DNA of 64,000 nucleotides from Selaginella moellendorffii (GCF_000143415.4 NW_003314263.1:1118165-1182164); one strand, 5' to 3'. Shown: positions 48,138 to 59,862, numbered from the stretch's first letter. The notes: generated by a model not told the origin, from the letters alone. Made by a program: numbers and translations.

Positions 48138-50339
48138 AACATCGTCCGAGTTTGCAGCTTCGACGTTGGTGTTGGACAGCATCACGCATGCCGCGGCTCG
48201 AAACTCCGGGCTCATCTCCACGAGCCGCTCGGCTGCTCGCTGGCCGCATTCGGCACTGGCGTTCCTCCGGCAAGCCCCCAGCAAAGTCATCCACGCGATG
48301 TCGTCTGGCTCAAACGGCATGGTATTGATGAGATCCTCCGCTTCCCGCAGCTTCCCACGCCTGCAAAGAGCGTCGACTACGCAGACAAAGTGATCCTTCT
48401 TTGGAGCGATCCCAAAGTCCTGCTGCATCGACAAGAAGAAGAACCAAGCCTCGGACGCGGCCGCAGCACTGGCGGTGTGGCTACACGCAGAGAGAACATT
48501 GACGAAAGTTATGCTGGTAACGTCCACTCCCTCGAGCTTCATGGCTTGGAATAGCTCCAGCGCCTCTCGGCCATGACCATTCGCAGCGTAAGCTCCGATC
48601 ATCGAGTTCCAAGTCACTTCGTTCGGCCGGGGCATGGTATCAAACACACTCCGGGCCGTGGGAAGAGCTCCACACTCGCTATACATGGACAGGAGCGCGC
48701 TGGCCACCACAGTGTTGCAGCCGAGGCCGGTCTCTACAGCTTCGACGTGGATCCTCCTTCCTTCGGCAAGCAGTGACAGGCTTCCACACGCGTTCAAGGC
48801 CGTGGAGAAGGAGCTCTCGTCCGGAAGGAAGCCATCCAAGTCCATCAACTTGAACACCTCCACAGCTTCTCTCTGGCAGCCATTGTGGACGAAGCAAGTA
48901 GCCATCATGTTCCACACGACGGCGCTGCGAACCGGGAGGCTGTCAAACATCCGCTTGGTCTGCTCGATCTCGCCTCTCAAGCTGTGAGCCTGCATCACCA
49001 CCGTGTACACGACCAAGTCGAGCTCCGGCATGGCTTCCAAGACGTCCCGCGACTCCTCGAGCAGTCCCTTTTGAGCGAAGCCGTAAGCCAGAGCCGCCCA
49101 GGAGAGAGCATCACAGCCAGGCATCCTCTCCAGCACCGCTCTCGCCAAGTCGAAGAGCTCGGCTCGAGCACAGGCCGTGATCAGGCTCGTCCAGCACACG
49201 ACGTCTCTTCTGGGCATTCGATCGAAGACCATCTTCGCGTCACCGGCCTGGTGCTCGTTCTGCGCGTAGGCCGCGAGCATCACAGTCCAGCAGACACTGT
49301 CGTGGCTGGGCATCTTCCAGAACGCATCCTTGACGCTCCGGCCATCGCTCTCGTCGCTCCCTGGAAACGTTTGCAGCAGCAAAGTCCAGGACACTAGATC
49401 ACGACCAGACGGCATTCGATGGAAGTAGCCTCGCGCGCCCTCCAGATCGCCGGACTGAGTGAAAGCTCGGATCATCGTGTTCCAAGTCACCGTGTTCTTC
49501 CACTCCATCGACTCAAACAGCTTCGCAGCGTCTTGAAAATGCCCGTTTTGCGCATAGGCGTTTATCATGGTGTTCCGAGAGAATAGATCCTCGCAAGCCA
49601 TTCTCTCAAAGAAGAGCTTCGCACTGCGAATATCCCCGGACATGGCATATACCGCTACGGCAACATTCCAAGAAACCACATCCTTGTCCGGCATCTCATC
49701 GAATATATTTTTTACCTGGGCAATTTGACCAGCTCGACAGTATGCTGACATTAAAGAGTTCCACGAGATTCTATCCAAGAGAGGGGTCTTGTAGAAAACT
49801 TCCATGGCGTGGGAAACATGCCCGGCCTGGGCATATGCTGTGATGATGGCATTCCAACACACACTGTCTCTACTGGGCATATCATCAAAAAGAGACCTTG
49901 CATGGACAAGCTGGGAGTTTTGGCAGTAGCCAAGGATCATCACAGTTGTGGAGTAGACACTGTGAAGCGCCATCTTGTGGAAGATTGACGCCGCATCGAC
50001 AATATGCCCACTCCGGGCATTTGCTGAAACGAGAAATGACCAAGAGTGGAGGTTCTTCTGGCGAATGTGGTCGAATGCGGCAGATGCCAAGGCGATGCTG
50101 CCGGTGCTTGCGTACATCTTGACGAGAAAATTCCCAAGTATAGTGCCGGTGTCGAGATTCTTGGCTCGGATCTCCGCGTGGAGACGCTGGCCGTCGTGGA
50201 GGCATTTGGATTGGCAGCAGTTGCGGAGGAGCTGTGAATAGTGGTGGTGGTCTTCCTTGATGGACGAAGCGAGAGCATCGTTTAGGCGGGCTAGGGATGA
50301 ATTAGGCGATCTCTCAGCAGGGATTCTTGGAAAAACCAT
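48120..50339 (-). CDS. PLS-class PPR protein with E domain
   Basis: 739-aa intronless ORF with tandem short PPR motifs, and HFVCVVDALCRRGKLREAEDLINTMPFEPDDIAWMTLLGACR. Confidence 0.95.
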   Translation of the reverse strand: MVFPRIPAERSPNSSLARLNDALASSIKEDHHHYSQLLRNCCQSKCLHDGQRLHAEIRAKNLDTGTILGNFLVKMYASTGSIALASAAFDHIRQKNLHSWSFLVSANARSGHIVDAASIFHKMALHSVYSTTVMILGYCQNSQLVHARSLFDDMPSRDSVCWNAIITAYAQAGHVSHAMEVFYKTPLLDRISWNSLMSAYCRAGQIAQVKNIFDEMPDKDVVSWNVAVAVYAMSGDIRSAKLFFERMACEDLFSRNTMINAYAQNGHFQDAAKLFESMEWKNTVTWNTMIRAFTQSGDLEGARGYFHRMPSGRDLVSWTLLLQTFPGSDESDGRSVKDAFWKMPSHDSVCWTVMLAAYAQNEHQAGDAKMVFDRMPRRDVVCWTSLITACARAELFDLARAVLERMPGCDALSWAALAYGFAQKGLLEESRDVLEAMPELDLVVYTVVMQAHSLRGEIEQTKRMFDSLPVRSAVVWNMMATCFVHNGCQREAVEVFKLMDLDGFLPDESSFSTALNACGSLSLLAEGRRIHVEAVETGLGCNTVVASALLSMYSECGALPTARSVFDTMPRPNEVTWNSMIGAYAANGHGREALELFQAMKLEGVDVTSITFVNVLSACSHTASAAAASEAWFFFLSMQQDFGIAPKKDHFVCVVDALCRRGKLREAEDLINTMPFEPDDIAWMTLLGACRRNASAECGQRAAERLVEMSPEFRAAACVMLSNTNVEAANSDDVLASCC

Positions 50340-50388
50340 GCATGATGCAAGGGTTAGAACTTAGATATTAACTTTTGTGAAAGAATGA

Positions 50389-51010
50389 ATGATCTCGATC
50401 GCTCTATCCCAGCACGATCAAGATTGGCAGCAGCAAAAGAAGCTCCTAATTTCAGCGCTACAAGAATGCGCTGGCTTGCAAGAAGGAAGGCAACTCCACG
50501 CACAGATTTCATCGCAGGGACCAGCTGTTGCTAAATCTGCTGATCAAAATGTACAGCGACTATGGCAGGATCGATCTGGCTCAGTATATCTTTGAAAGAA
50601 TGCCGCTGATTCTTGGCATATGCCCAGAACGGGGGGCAGAGGTTCTCTCCATGAAAACGCAGTCATGGAATTTGATGATCCAGGCATGAAGAAGTTGAGA
50701 CCATTGCAGTGACTTTTAGCAGCGTTTTCATGCCTGCGCTGCCGCTGCAAGCCTCTCGGACACACACTTTCATTTCGAGGCTCTCGATCGAGTTCGCTTG
50801 TTTTCCTGTGAGAAACCTTGTTTTGTGGAGCTCCATGGTATAGCAGTGAAAGTCTGGCCGTGTTCCAAGCAATGGACTTGGAAGGCATGGCACCAAACGA
50901 TGAGTATCATATCTGCAGCATGTAGTCACGGGGACTGCTGGTGAGGATGCATGGGAATCAGCCAGGGATGGATTATTTTGAGTATCACTCCTGGATCATC
51001 CAACACTCAA
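50389..51010 (+). pseudogene. Abridged, inverted copy of the PPR gene at 52371-54072
   Basis: It runs from the parent's start (atgatctcgatcgct…QHDQDWQQQKKLLI) to its end (ggatcatcca(a/g)cactc) in ~620 bp, versus ~1700 bp for the parent. Confidence 0.92.
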
Positions 51011-52370
51011 CATATTTGGTGATCCAACCTCTGTTATGAGCTTTATGGTAATAGAGTAAACCCAGAAAGATTGGAGGGTGACCATACTATTTAGTTTAGT
51101 CAATAAATGTGATCATGATTTTATCACAGCTGCAGCTGGTATATATGTAACTGTGGAAGTTATTTCTGTTTTTCATGATACTTCAATGTTATTACATATA
51201 AACTTGTGTTTAAAACAACTATGTTATATTTAATTATTTATATTGAACATATTTAGCTACTAAATACATCACCCTTATATCTGTACATTAACTATTAAGA
51301 AGCTTAAAGAGATTGATAATTCAAAAGATAATATTTAAAATTAACTATAATTAAGGTTTGAGTATTTTCTGTTCAAAAACATTTAAAAACATTTAATTAC
51401 AATAATATATATATATATTAAAAAACTAATTTTTTACTTCTAAATTTAAAAGGTAAATTAAATAATTTAATTTACCATTTAACTTTTTGAAGATGAAGGT
51501 AAAATTATAAGAATAAAAATTTATTGAAATTATCAATATTATAAAGTTTTGATAAATTACTATTAAATATTTTAAGAGAAATTAAATGTTTTACAAAAAC
51601 TTTTAGTGAAACTAATATTTAGGATAAGTATTTATTTAAATTATTTATTTCTATTTTATATGAAATTTTACATTTTATTGATTGATAATAAAACCAAATA
51701 ATAATGGACAAATAAGATCATTATAATAAAAAGTATATCTAGAAATAAAACTATAACCATTTGTAAATTATATAAAATAAAAATGTTTAATATTATTTAA
51801 TAAATAAATAAATATATATATAATATATTATAATTATTACTCACAATAATGTATTTTTTAAGTTAAATTTCAACAATGGTATTAATCACTATTACAATTT
51901 ATGTAATCACTGTTGGGATTACTAATTGCTTCATTATAGTGACATCGTAATATTGGAAAACATGAGAAATACTTTATATCACATTATAGTTTTCAAAGAA
52001 GATATACCAGTTATAAATTAAAGTTAATTGAAACCAACAATATTATAATGCAATATTAATTAAATATATAGAATGTTTTTTATTTTTTACTAGCATAATC
52101 ATATAAAAAATAAACTTCATATTCTTATGGTTATATATCACAATTGAAATCATTATTATCAATAAATTTATACATCTTGAAAATTGAAAAAAACAATCTT
52201 AATTTCTATATGAATTATGGCACTTTGTAAAAGTTTTAAGAAATATAATAATAAATTATTTATTTATTTATTAAATTTAAACAACTCAAAATAATATATA
52301 CTTTACAATAATGTTGTTTCAAAAAAAAAAAGTTTTTTTAGTGTTTCAAGCAAAAACTCAAAACACTGTC

Positions 52371-54050
52371 TCAAGAGTGCTGGATGATCCTCAAGTCACT
52401 TAAATCCAAGGAGTGAGACGCAGCTATTTCCTTGGCTTCCTCCACCTTTCCTGTCCTTCCAAGCAAATCCGCCAAGCACGCAAAATGATCCATCCCTGGC
52501 TGAATCCCATAGTCCTGGAACATCCTCACGAAGTAGAGCCTGCCATCTTCCAGCAGTCCCCCGTGACTACACGCTGAGATGATACTCACAAAAGTTACCT
52601 CGTTCGGTGCCATGCCTTCCAAGTCCATTTCTTGGAACACGGCCAGACTCTCGCTGCTATACCCACACTGGGCATATCCCGCAACCATGGAGCTCCATGA
52701 GACAACATTCCTCACAGGCATTTGCTTGAAAACACCCGCAACACTCTGGAGCGCTCCACAGCTCCGGTACGCGTCCATGAGCGAATTGGACACAACAGTG
52801 TCAAGCTCGATCGAGAGCCCGGAAATGGAGCTGTGGATCTTCCTTGTGTCTGAGAGGCTTGCAGCGGCAGCGCAGGCATGAAAAACGCTGCTCAAAGTCA
52901 CTGTATTGGGTTCCACTCCTTCATGCTGCATTCTCTGGAAGATTTGCAAAGCCGAATTACGATGCCCATTGCGAGCATATGTGGTTATCATTGCCGTCCA
53001 GGCAACTACATCCCTATTATCAATGCTATCAAAGATAATTCGTGCTTCTAACACTCCACTGTGTTTGCCATAGCAATCCACCAGCGCTGTTTTCACTTCC
53101 ATGGCTTGAAATGCGTCGTTGCCTCCCTGGACGGCGCTCTCATACACACTCTTTACCTCCTCCAAACTCGAGCACGCCTCGATCGCGCTCACGAAGGTGA
53201 TGGCATCGGCGGAAGAAGTATCGCCTTCCAGATCCATGGCGCACAGCAGTAGAATCGCATGCTTGGATCTTCCATTGCGATTGCATGCCGAGACGATCGC
53301 GTTCCAGATCGTAGTGTTTCTATGGGGAGTGCCATGGAAGAGATTTAGAGCTAGTGGTAGATTGCCATTGTCGGCGAGCGCCGTGATCATCGTCGCGGCG
53401 GCCACCACATCCCTGGCATCGTCCCGGAGAGCATCGAAGATCTCTTGGGCTTGGCGAGGTCTGCCGAGCCGACCATACATCTTCATCAGCTCGTTCGCCA
53501 CGTGTTGGCAGCCCACGTCGCTCCCACCGTCGCGGGCAACGGCGTGCATGAGATCCGCCATCGCCAAGCTCGAGCAGCAGCTTAGCACTGGTGCGATGGC
53601 GAATCTATCGGGTTTTACGCCGTCGAGATCCATCAGTACGAACAGTCGGAAGGCACGATCACCATTGCCGGCTCTTGCTTGCGCCTGGATCATCGAGTTC
53701 CATGACACGGCATCCCTTAACGGCATCTTGTCAAAGAGAACCTCTGCCTGTTCAAGATGCCCGTTCTGGGCATATGCTACGAGCATGATGTTCCAAGAGA
53801 AAACGTTCCTCCGCGGCATTTCCTTAAAGATGTATTGAGCCAGATCCATCCTGCCATAGTCGCTGTACATCTTGATCAGGAGATTTAGCAGCAGCTGGTC
53901 CCTGCGAAGGATGTGGCACTGTGAAATCCGTGCGTGGAGTTGCCTTCCTTCTTGTAAGCCAGCGCATTCTTGAAGCGCTGCAATTAGGAGCTTCTTTTGC
54001 TGCTGCCAATCTTGATCGTGCTGGAAAATCCTGGCTGGGACGACGTGCAT
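52371..54050 (-). CDS. PLS-class PPR protein (E domain truncated)
   Basis: 559-aa ORF with FSWNIMLVAYAQNGH, VSWSSMVAGYAQ and HFACLADLLGRTGKVEEAKE. Confidence 0.92.
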   Translation of the reverse strand: MHVVPARIFQHDQDWQQQKKLLIAALQECAGLQEGRQLHARISQCHILRRDQLLLNLLIKMYSDYGRMDLAQYIFKEMPRRNVFSWNIMLVAYAQNGHLEQAEVLFDKMPLRDAVSWNSMIQAQARAGNGDRAFRLFVLMDLDGVKPDRFAIAPVLSCCSSLAMADLMHAVARDGGSDVGCQHVANELMKMYGRLGRPRQAQEIFDALRDDARDVVAAATMITALADNGNLPLALNLFHGTPHRNTTIWNAIVSACNRNGRSKHAILLLCAMDLEGDTSSADAITFVSAIEACSSLEEVKSVYESAVQGGNDAFQAMEVKTALVDCYGKHSGVLEARIIFDSIDNRDVVAWTAMITTYARNGHRNSALQIFQRMQHEGVEPNTVTLSSVFHACAAAASLSDTRKIHSSISGLSIELDTVVSNSLMDAYRSCGALQSVAGVFKQMPVRNVVSWSSMVAGYAQCGYSSESLAVFQEMDLEGMAPNEVTFVSIISACSHGGLLEDGRLYFVRMFQDYGIQPGMDHFACLADLLGRTGKVEEAKEIAASHSLDLSDLRIIQHS

Positions 54051-54259
54051 GATCTAAAGCGATCGAGATCATTATATCTTGGCTGTGTAAACTATCACCA
54101 CTACAGTACTACCGACCATCTATAACTGCGATCCATCCATGCGATGCCAGCCGTCACGATGGGGAGGACGTCTACTGCCAAATTCGCTGATTTACGCCTA
54201 CGGCCGCCTCCACAGCGCCATCGTGGAGCAGGGAGTCTTCGATCGATGCAAAATCTCGT

Positions 54260-54930
54260 CTCTGACGATGATCTCGGTGTAGAACGCGATGCTGCTGGAG
54301 GCGCTGGCGATCCACCGGGCCATGGACGTGGAGGGCGACGAGATCACGGTGGTGAGCGCGCTGGATGCCTCCTCTACGATGTTCTCGCGGATGATCCAGT
54401 GAAACTGCCGTGGCCAAGAGGCGCTGGATCCACACGCTGTTGATCGAGTCGGGGCTGCTGCTCGATCGGTCAAACACCACAACCACCACCACCACCACCA
54501 CCACCACCACCACCCTGCCGTCAACGTAAGGCCTGTGTTGTTGCATGATCGAGGGGACTGACTGCTCTTAAGGCGCTCCAAGTGATCGTATCTTGCTTCT
54601 ATCGTCTAATCCGCGAAGTTGTCCTCGGCAAAGATATATGAGATGGCAAGTGGATGTCCGCAGCATTGCCTCGGCATCTGCCTCTATTCGCCAGAAGAGC
54701 CTCCACTCGTGGTCATTCCTCGTTGCAGAAAATGCCCAGAGCGGGCATATTGCAGATGCTGCGTCAAAGATGGCCCTTCACAACTTTATAACTGTCATGA
54801 TCCTTGGCTACTGCCAAACTCTCAGCTTGTCCAGTCACGGGCTCTTTCTGATCATATGCCCAGTAAAGACAGCGTGTGGTTGAATGCCATAATCTCAGCC
54901 TATGCCCGGGCCGGGCATGTTTGCTACAAG
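54260..54930 (+). pseudogene. PPR fragments, including an inverted abridged piece of 48120-50339, with a (CCA)n microsatellite at ~54476-54513
   Basis: AMDVEGDEITVVSALDA; SIASASA…IRQKSLHSWSFLV…SGHIADAA; VMILGYCQ; LNAIISAYARAGHV. Confidence 0.8.
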
Positions 54931-55315
54931 CAGCGTGTGGAGCACTGAGATGGTAAAAGTCCGGGACGACACACGCGACTCTGGGGCCGTCTCGATCGAT
55001 CCGGGACAAGAGCTCCGCGAGTGGATCCTCCATTCGGAAGATGGCCTGGGAGAAGGCGGCCTGTGCGTCGAAGTTCTTCTCATCGAAGCCATTGGAAAGT
55101 CACACGTTCATAGAGATGAACTCGAAGCGAATGTCGTGGCCATTATTCACAGGATTGTCCTCGCTCTTCCAGGATTGCTGCAAGGTTTCGTGGATGCTAT
55201 CAGCGTTGATGACTCCGAGGAGCGCAAGCTTGCGGGCGAGATAGATGATTGGAACGACATGTCCCTGTGCTAGAAGTGGGATAAGAACAACGTGAAGTTT
55301 CGAGAGAGAGCCCAT
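54931..55315 (-). pseudogene. UDP-glycosyltransferase N-terminal fragment, copy 1
   Basis: MGSLSKLHVVLIPLLAQGHVVPIIYLARKLALLGV…; MEDPLAELLSRIDRDGPRVACVVPDF; contains frameshifts. Confidence 0.88.
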
Positions 55316-55617
55316 GGATGATGATTAGACCAAGAAACAAAAAAGAAACTTTTCAAAGAGGAAGTTTTGAGGGATCGTTTGAGTTACCAGCACTTATGGG
55401 CTGAATTGGGCATTGTTGTTTCTTTTACGTCTTGCCTTTCATTATTTCTGATTTGCAATAGGAACCATATAGTCCAGTATTGGAGTAATGTTTAGTGGTG
55501 AGAATTCTACGTTGTGGCTTGAACGAAAACTGACTACTCTGAATCAACAATTGAATTTATTACTAGAGCTATAAAGATTTTATTTGATTTAAGATAGATT
55601 TGAGTTTATAAACGGTT

Positions 55618-56334
55618 TTAATTCCCTTTAAAAACCTTTAAGGTTTTTAAAACCTTTAAGCTCAATTTAGGTAGTCTTTTAGCAAAATTCAATTTGCTTG
55701 GTTGCTTCGTTTGTTGAAGATTGTGTAGATCAAATTCCTCGCACTCTGAGTGATGAGTGGAAGTCCTGTCAAAAACTATCAGTTTGCATTGAGGCACTAG
55801 CGTTAACTTCCCCTCGATCTTTACATCAAAGTATCTGATGGTCAACTCTCGCGTTTTAGGGTTGGGCTTGTCCTGGTCAAAGTATCCCAGTGGAAACCAC
55901 CACTGGCAGGGATACTCTATGTTGCCCCACAACTGGAACTTGTAATACTGGAGATTGGATCGAATAATTGCTTTCGTGACAAGAGTGTCTTTGGAAAGTT
56001 GGCCAACTTTAAAAGGTTTTTGATAGTCCACCTTTCGAGGATTGATGTATTTCAACTCAAACTCCTCCACGGGCATTTGGGCATTGTCTTTGCCATAGAA
56101 ACTCACAATTGTAGACACCTCAAATCCAGAGAGAGGTTTGACAAGGATGAATCTCAGCTTGGTGAGCTTGAATCTTGCTTCTCGACCTGTTTTACCCAAA
56201 AACTTCCACTCTCCATCTTGGTCCTCTTTCCCAAATACTTCACACTCTAAATTGTTGGTGTTGGAAGACAATAAAATCTTCTCCACTTTCATTACCCTTG
56301 GGAGTTCTACAACTAATTCTTTGCTATGAGCCAT
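55618..56334 (-). CDS. Intronless 238-aa protein of unknown function with two internal beta-rich repeats
   Basis: Clean ORF with ATG start and a ctatataa box ~35 bp upstream. A decayed copy of its 3' end lies at ~57725-57925. Confidence 0.65.
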   Translation of the reverse strand: MAHSKELVVELPRVMKVEKILLSSNTNNLECEVFGKEDQDGEWKFLGKTGREARFKLTKLRFILVKPLSGFEVSTIVSFYGKDNAQMPVEEFELKYINPRKVDYQKPFKVGQLSKDTLVTKAIIRSNLQYYKFQLWGNIEYPCQWWFPLGYFDQDKPNPKTRELTIRYFDVKIEGKLTLVPQCKLIVFDRTSTHHSECEEFDLHNLQQTKQPSKLNFAKRLPKLSLKVLKTLKVFKGN

Positions 56335-56794
56335 GAGAATCCTATCAAACCCTAATTCTTGGAACTCTTATATAGAAGTTCCACAAAAGGTAGCTGCTTT
56401 GTGAGAGGTTCCAAAAAAGACGTCAATCTTTCTTTTTAATCCAAAATATAAAAAATTAACTCTTTTTGCAATTTAAACCCTTTATATTGATCCTTTGAGA
56501 ATATTCTTGTTTAATTGGGAAAAAATACCAAAACACAGTATTAACTCTGGCACCATCTTGAGAGTTTGTAAATATGCTTGCATGAAATGAAAGTCCAGAA
56601 CTGAAGACAGTAAAATGAAAGTTAGACAACTTACTTGGCAAAGCTCTTGAAATGCTTGCCTCTGCCGAAAATAGTCACTCATGCAAAACTAGAGTGTGAG
56701 ATGATTTAAAGACTGTAACTATCATCTGGCATCTATGAAGTTACCCTTTTTGGCATAATATTGTATTTAATATCAAAGAGAAGCTTTGGTTTAT

Positions 56795-57665
56795 GCAAAT
56801 GCCCGTTCTGGGCATATGCTGTGAGCATCACATACAGCAAACGAGATTCTTAGGCAAGGCGCGATCGAAAACCATCTTAGCGGAATCCACGTCGCCCTCT
56901 TGGCCATAGGTGACGATCATGATCGTTGCCGCGACAGCGTTTTTTAGCAGCATCCCCGCGAAGAAATCAATTGCCCGAGCGAGATCCCCATTCAGGAACA
57001 TGATCGTCCAGGAGAAAAGATTGGGCGATTGCGTAGTCGTTACATCTCGTGACTCCCCGACTTTCTGGAAGTCTCTGTCATGCATGAAAAGTGGAATGTC
57101 TTGCGATCTTAGCTGCATTCCAGGGATGTAAGAAATCAGCTTGTCAACTCCCTCTGGCAACCACAAGCTTGAGAACTTCCATGTTTTCTTAGCACACACT
57201 TCTAGATCGGTCGAAGCTTTACCTTTGACAGGAACCTCTCCCATCTCCAGGAGCTTTGGAACGTGGAATTCGATGGCAGCCCAAGCAGCATTTCCCGGCC
57301 AAAAGCCCAATCCTGCCTTCTTTGCAGCGTGTGGAGCACTGAGATGGTAAAAGTCGAGACGACACAGCCGTCTCGATCGATCCGGGACAAGAGCTCCGCG
57401 AGTGGATCCTCCATTCGGAAGATGGCCTGAGAAAAGGCGGCCTGCGCGTCGAAGTTCTTCTCATGGAAGCCATTGGGAACTCGCAAGTCCATAGAGATGG
57501 ACTCGAGGCCCATTATTCACAGGATTGTCCTCGGCTCTTCCAGGATTGTTGCAAAGTTTCGTGGTCACAGTGACTCCGAGGAGCGCGACCTTGCGGGCGA
57601 GATAGATGATTAGAACTTCCCTGTGCTGGAAGTGGGATTGAAGTGTCGAGAGAGAGCCCATGAAC
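56795..57665 (-). pseudogene. UDP-glycosyltransferase N-terminal fragment, copy 2, fused to PPR fragments
   Basis: MDLRVPNGFHEKNFDAQAAF, FWPGNAAWAAIEFHVPKLL and ISYIPGMQLRSQDIPLF, then PPR pieces NLFSWTIM…AKMVFDR…AYAQNGH. Confidence 0.85.
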
Positions 57666-58629
57666 AAAGAAGAAACTTTTCAAAAAGGAAGTTTTGATGG
57701 ATCGTTTGAGATACCAGCAAGATTTATTTAATTTAAGATAGATTTGAGTTTATAAATGTTTTTAATTCCTTATGAGAACATTTAAGGCTTTTAAAACCTT
57801 TAACCTCAAATGGGGTAGTTTTTTTAGCAAAATCCCATTTGTTTGGTTGTTTATCAAATTCCTTGGAAAGTCTTGTTAAAAATTATCAGCTTGCATTGAG
57901 GCCCTAGTGTTAACTTTCCCTTGTTCTTCATGCATTCTTTGATAGAATATTCTCAAGGAGTTTAAAAAGGATCAATATAAAAGCCTTATGAAGAGTTAGT
58001 TTAAAGATTTTGGATTTGTAAAAACGATTAAAGTTTTTTTTGGGATTTGTGAATTATTCACAATACAGGGTTATGAATTTAAAGAGACTCTGACTAAGTT
58101 ATCACTCATTTTAAGTTATGATATAGTATTAAATTCACCCTAGATGCAACAACACTACCTAAATTGGATTGCAATGGAAATAAAAGTAAAATAATCTTTG
58201 ACATGAATAATATTGTATACTGTCTCACTAATTTATCTTGGTCAAGAAGGTTAGGAAGGATCAATCAGCATATATGTAATACCCTTTATGATGTAAGGAG
58301 AATTGATGACTACAAAATCATAGATAATGGTTATCAAACATCAGGCATATCACTTGATCTAGTAAATAAACTTAAGCTCCCTACAGCTCACAATCACAAG
58401 TGTAATGAGTCCAAATGCAAATGATCAGCTGAAAGAAGGGTATAGAATTGAAAATTTATATAAGTTTTGGAAAGTTTTTAGTTCTTAGGGAAGATTGGCT
58501 TCATAAGAATGTGGCAATTATTAACTTTAGGAATCACATTGTTACGTTTAAGTGTAGTGAATTAAGTTGGTGGCACAGATTTCAATATCCACATGGTATA
58601 TAGGAATCTCCATTATAAATAAATAATAA

Positions 58630-59645
58630 AAACAGAATAATATTTATCACGATGGAACACTAACACTCCTTTCAACTTCAACAGAGTGGATCTTACAGGC
58701 ACTCACAAAGCATCCGCAGTTGGAAACAAATAGCATTATACTTATGATCTCCTCAGCATCATCCAAGTGTGTATATCCACTTACAGGACGAGCGCCCTCT
58801 TGTATTCACCTGCCTGTAGCCAAAGGCAATGAAATTTTCGTCAAACTCGTGGGTGTGCTTATGTGCTCTATCAGGAGACATGCTCTTCACTTTCACCATT
58901 TTGACCACTCGAGTGTCCAAGCGACTGGAATGGCTTCACGGTACGAAGTTTCGATTTAATCCCGTTTAAACAGAATAATATTTAGCACGATGGAATTGCG
59001 AGCAACACTAACCCTCCTTTCAACTTCAACAGTGTGGATCTTGCAGGCACTCACGAAGCATCCCCAGTTGGAAACAAATAGCATTATACTTATGATCTCC
59101 TCGGCATCATCCAAGAGCCCACAAAAACACCTATCAAGCAGCATAGTGATCTCACTTGGGACTTAGATCATAGTCAGAAACCATTGGAGCCAAAGCGTCT
59201 CTAGCAGGGATTACCAGCCCAAGGTGGCAGCAAGCTATCAAAAGGCCCATGAAACTCTTGAGATTCAAGACTTTAAAGAGCTGAATGGACACAGTAGATT
59301 CTGGGCAAACGATACAATAAGAATGGTCCTACTCATGATGTTTGGCTGTAAACAGCATCTAAACAATGCCCAAGCATCGTCCAAGTGTCCATTTTGCCCG
59401 TACGCTCCGATCATGCAGAACTTCTACAGTGTCAAACAAGCACTTTGCTTCGCATACATGCCCTCGTTCGGCATATGCAGTGATATAGAATCTCGTAGAA
59501 CTCTTTGATGTCAGCATACTGAAAATTTGACGAGATGCCGGACAAAGATGTGGTATCCTGGAATGTCGCAGTAGCGGTATATGTGCTGTCCGGGCGCCAA
59601 GCTTTTGTTTGAGAGAATGGCTTGCGCTTGAAACACCATGACGGG
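58630..59645. pseudogene. PPR E-domain remnants (duplicated at ~58632-58767 and ~58969-59114) and an inverted abridged piece of PPR 48120-50339 (~59390-59640)
   Basis: DDAEEIISIMLFVSN..CFVSACKIH occurs twice on the minus strand. FDEMPDKDVVSWNVAVAVY occurs on the plus strand. Confidence 0.75.
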
Positions 59646-59862
59646 TGAGATTTCCCTGATATTGTGAAGACCGAGGCATGGGTCAGGCTTCCCAGGTAAG
59701 CTTCCCTCAGGATCTTGTGGATAACTATCATAAGTTTAATTCCCAAACTATTGAAAATGCTAAGAAAATGAGTAATGCTATATGGATTCGCTAGTTTCTA
59801 CGAGGTAATCTGCATCCTCATGTAAAAAGAATAAGTAATACATGTCAAGCTCAAGCTCCGAA

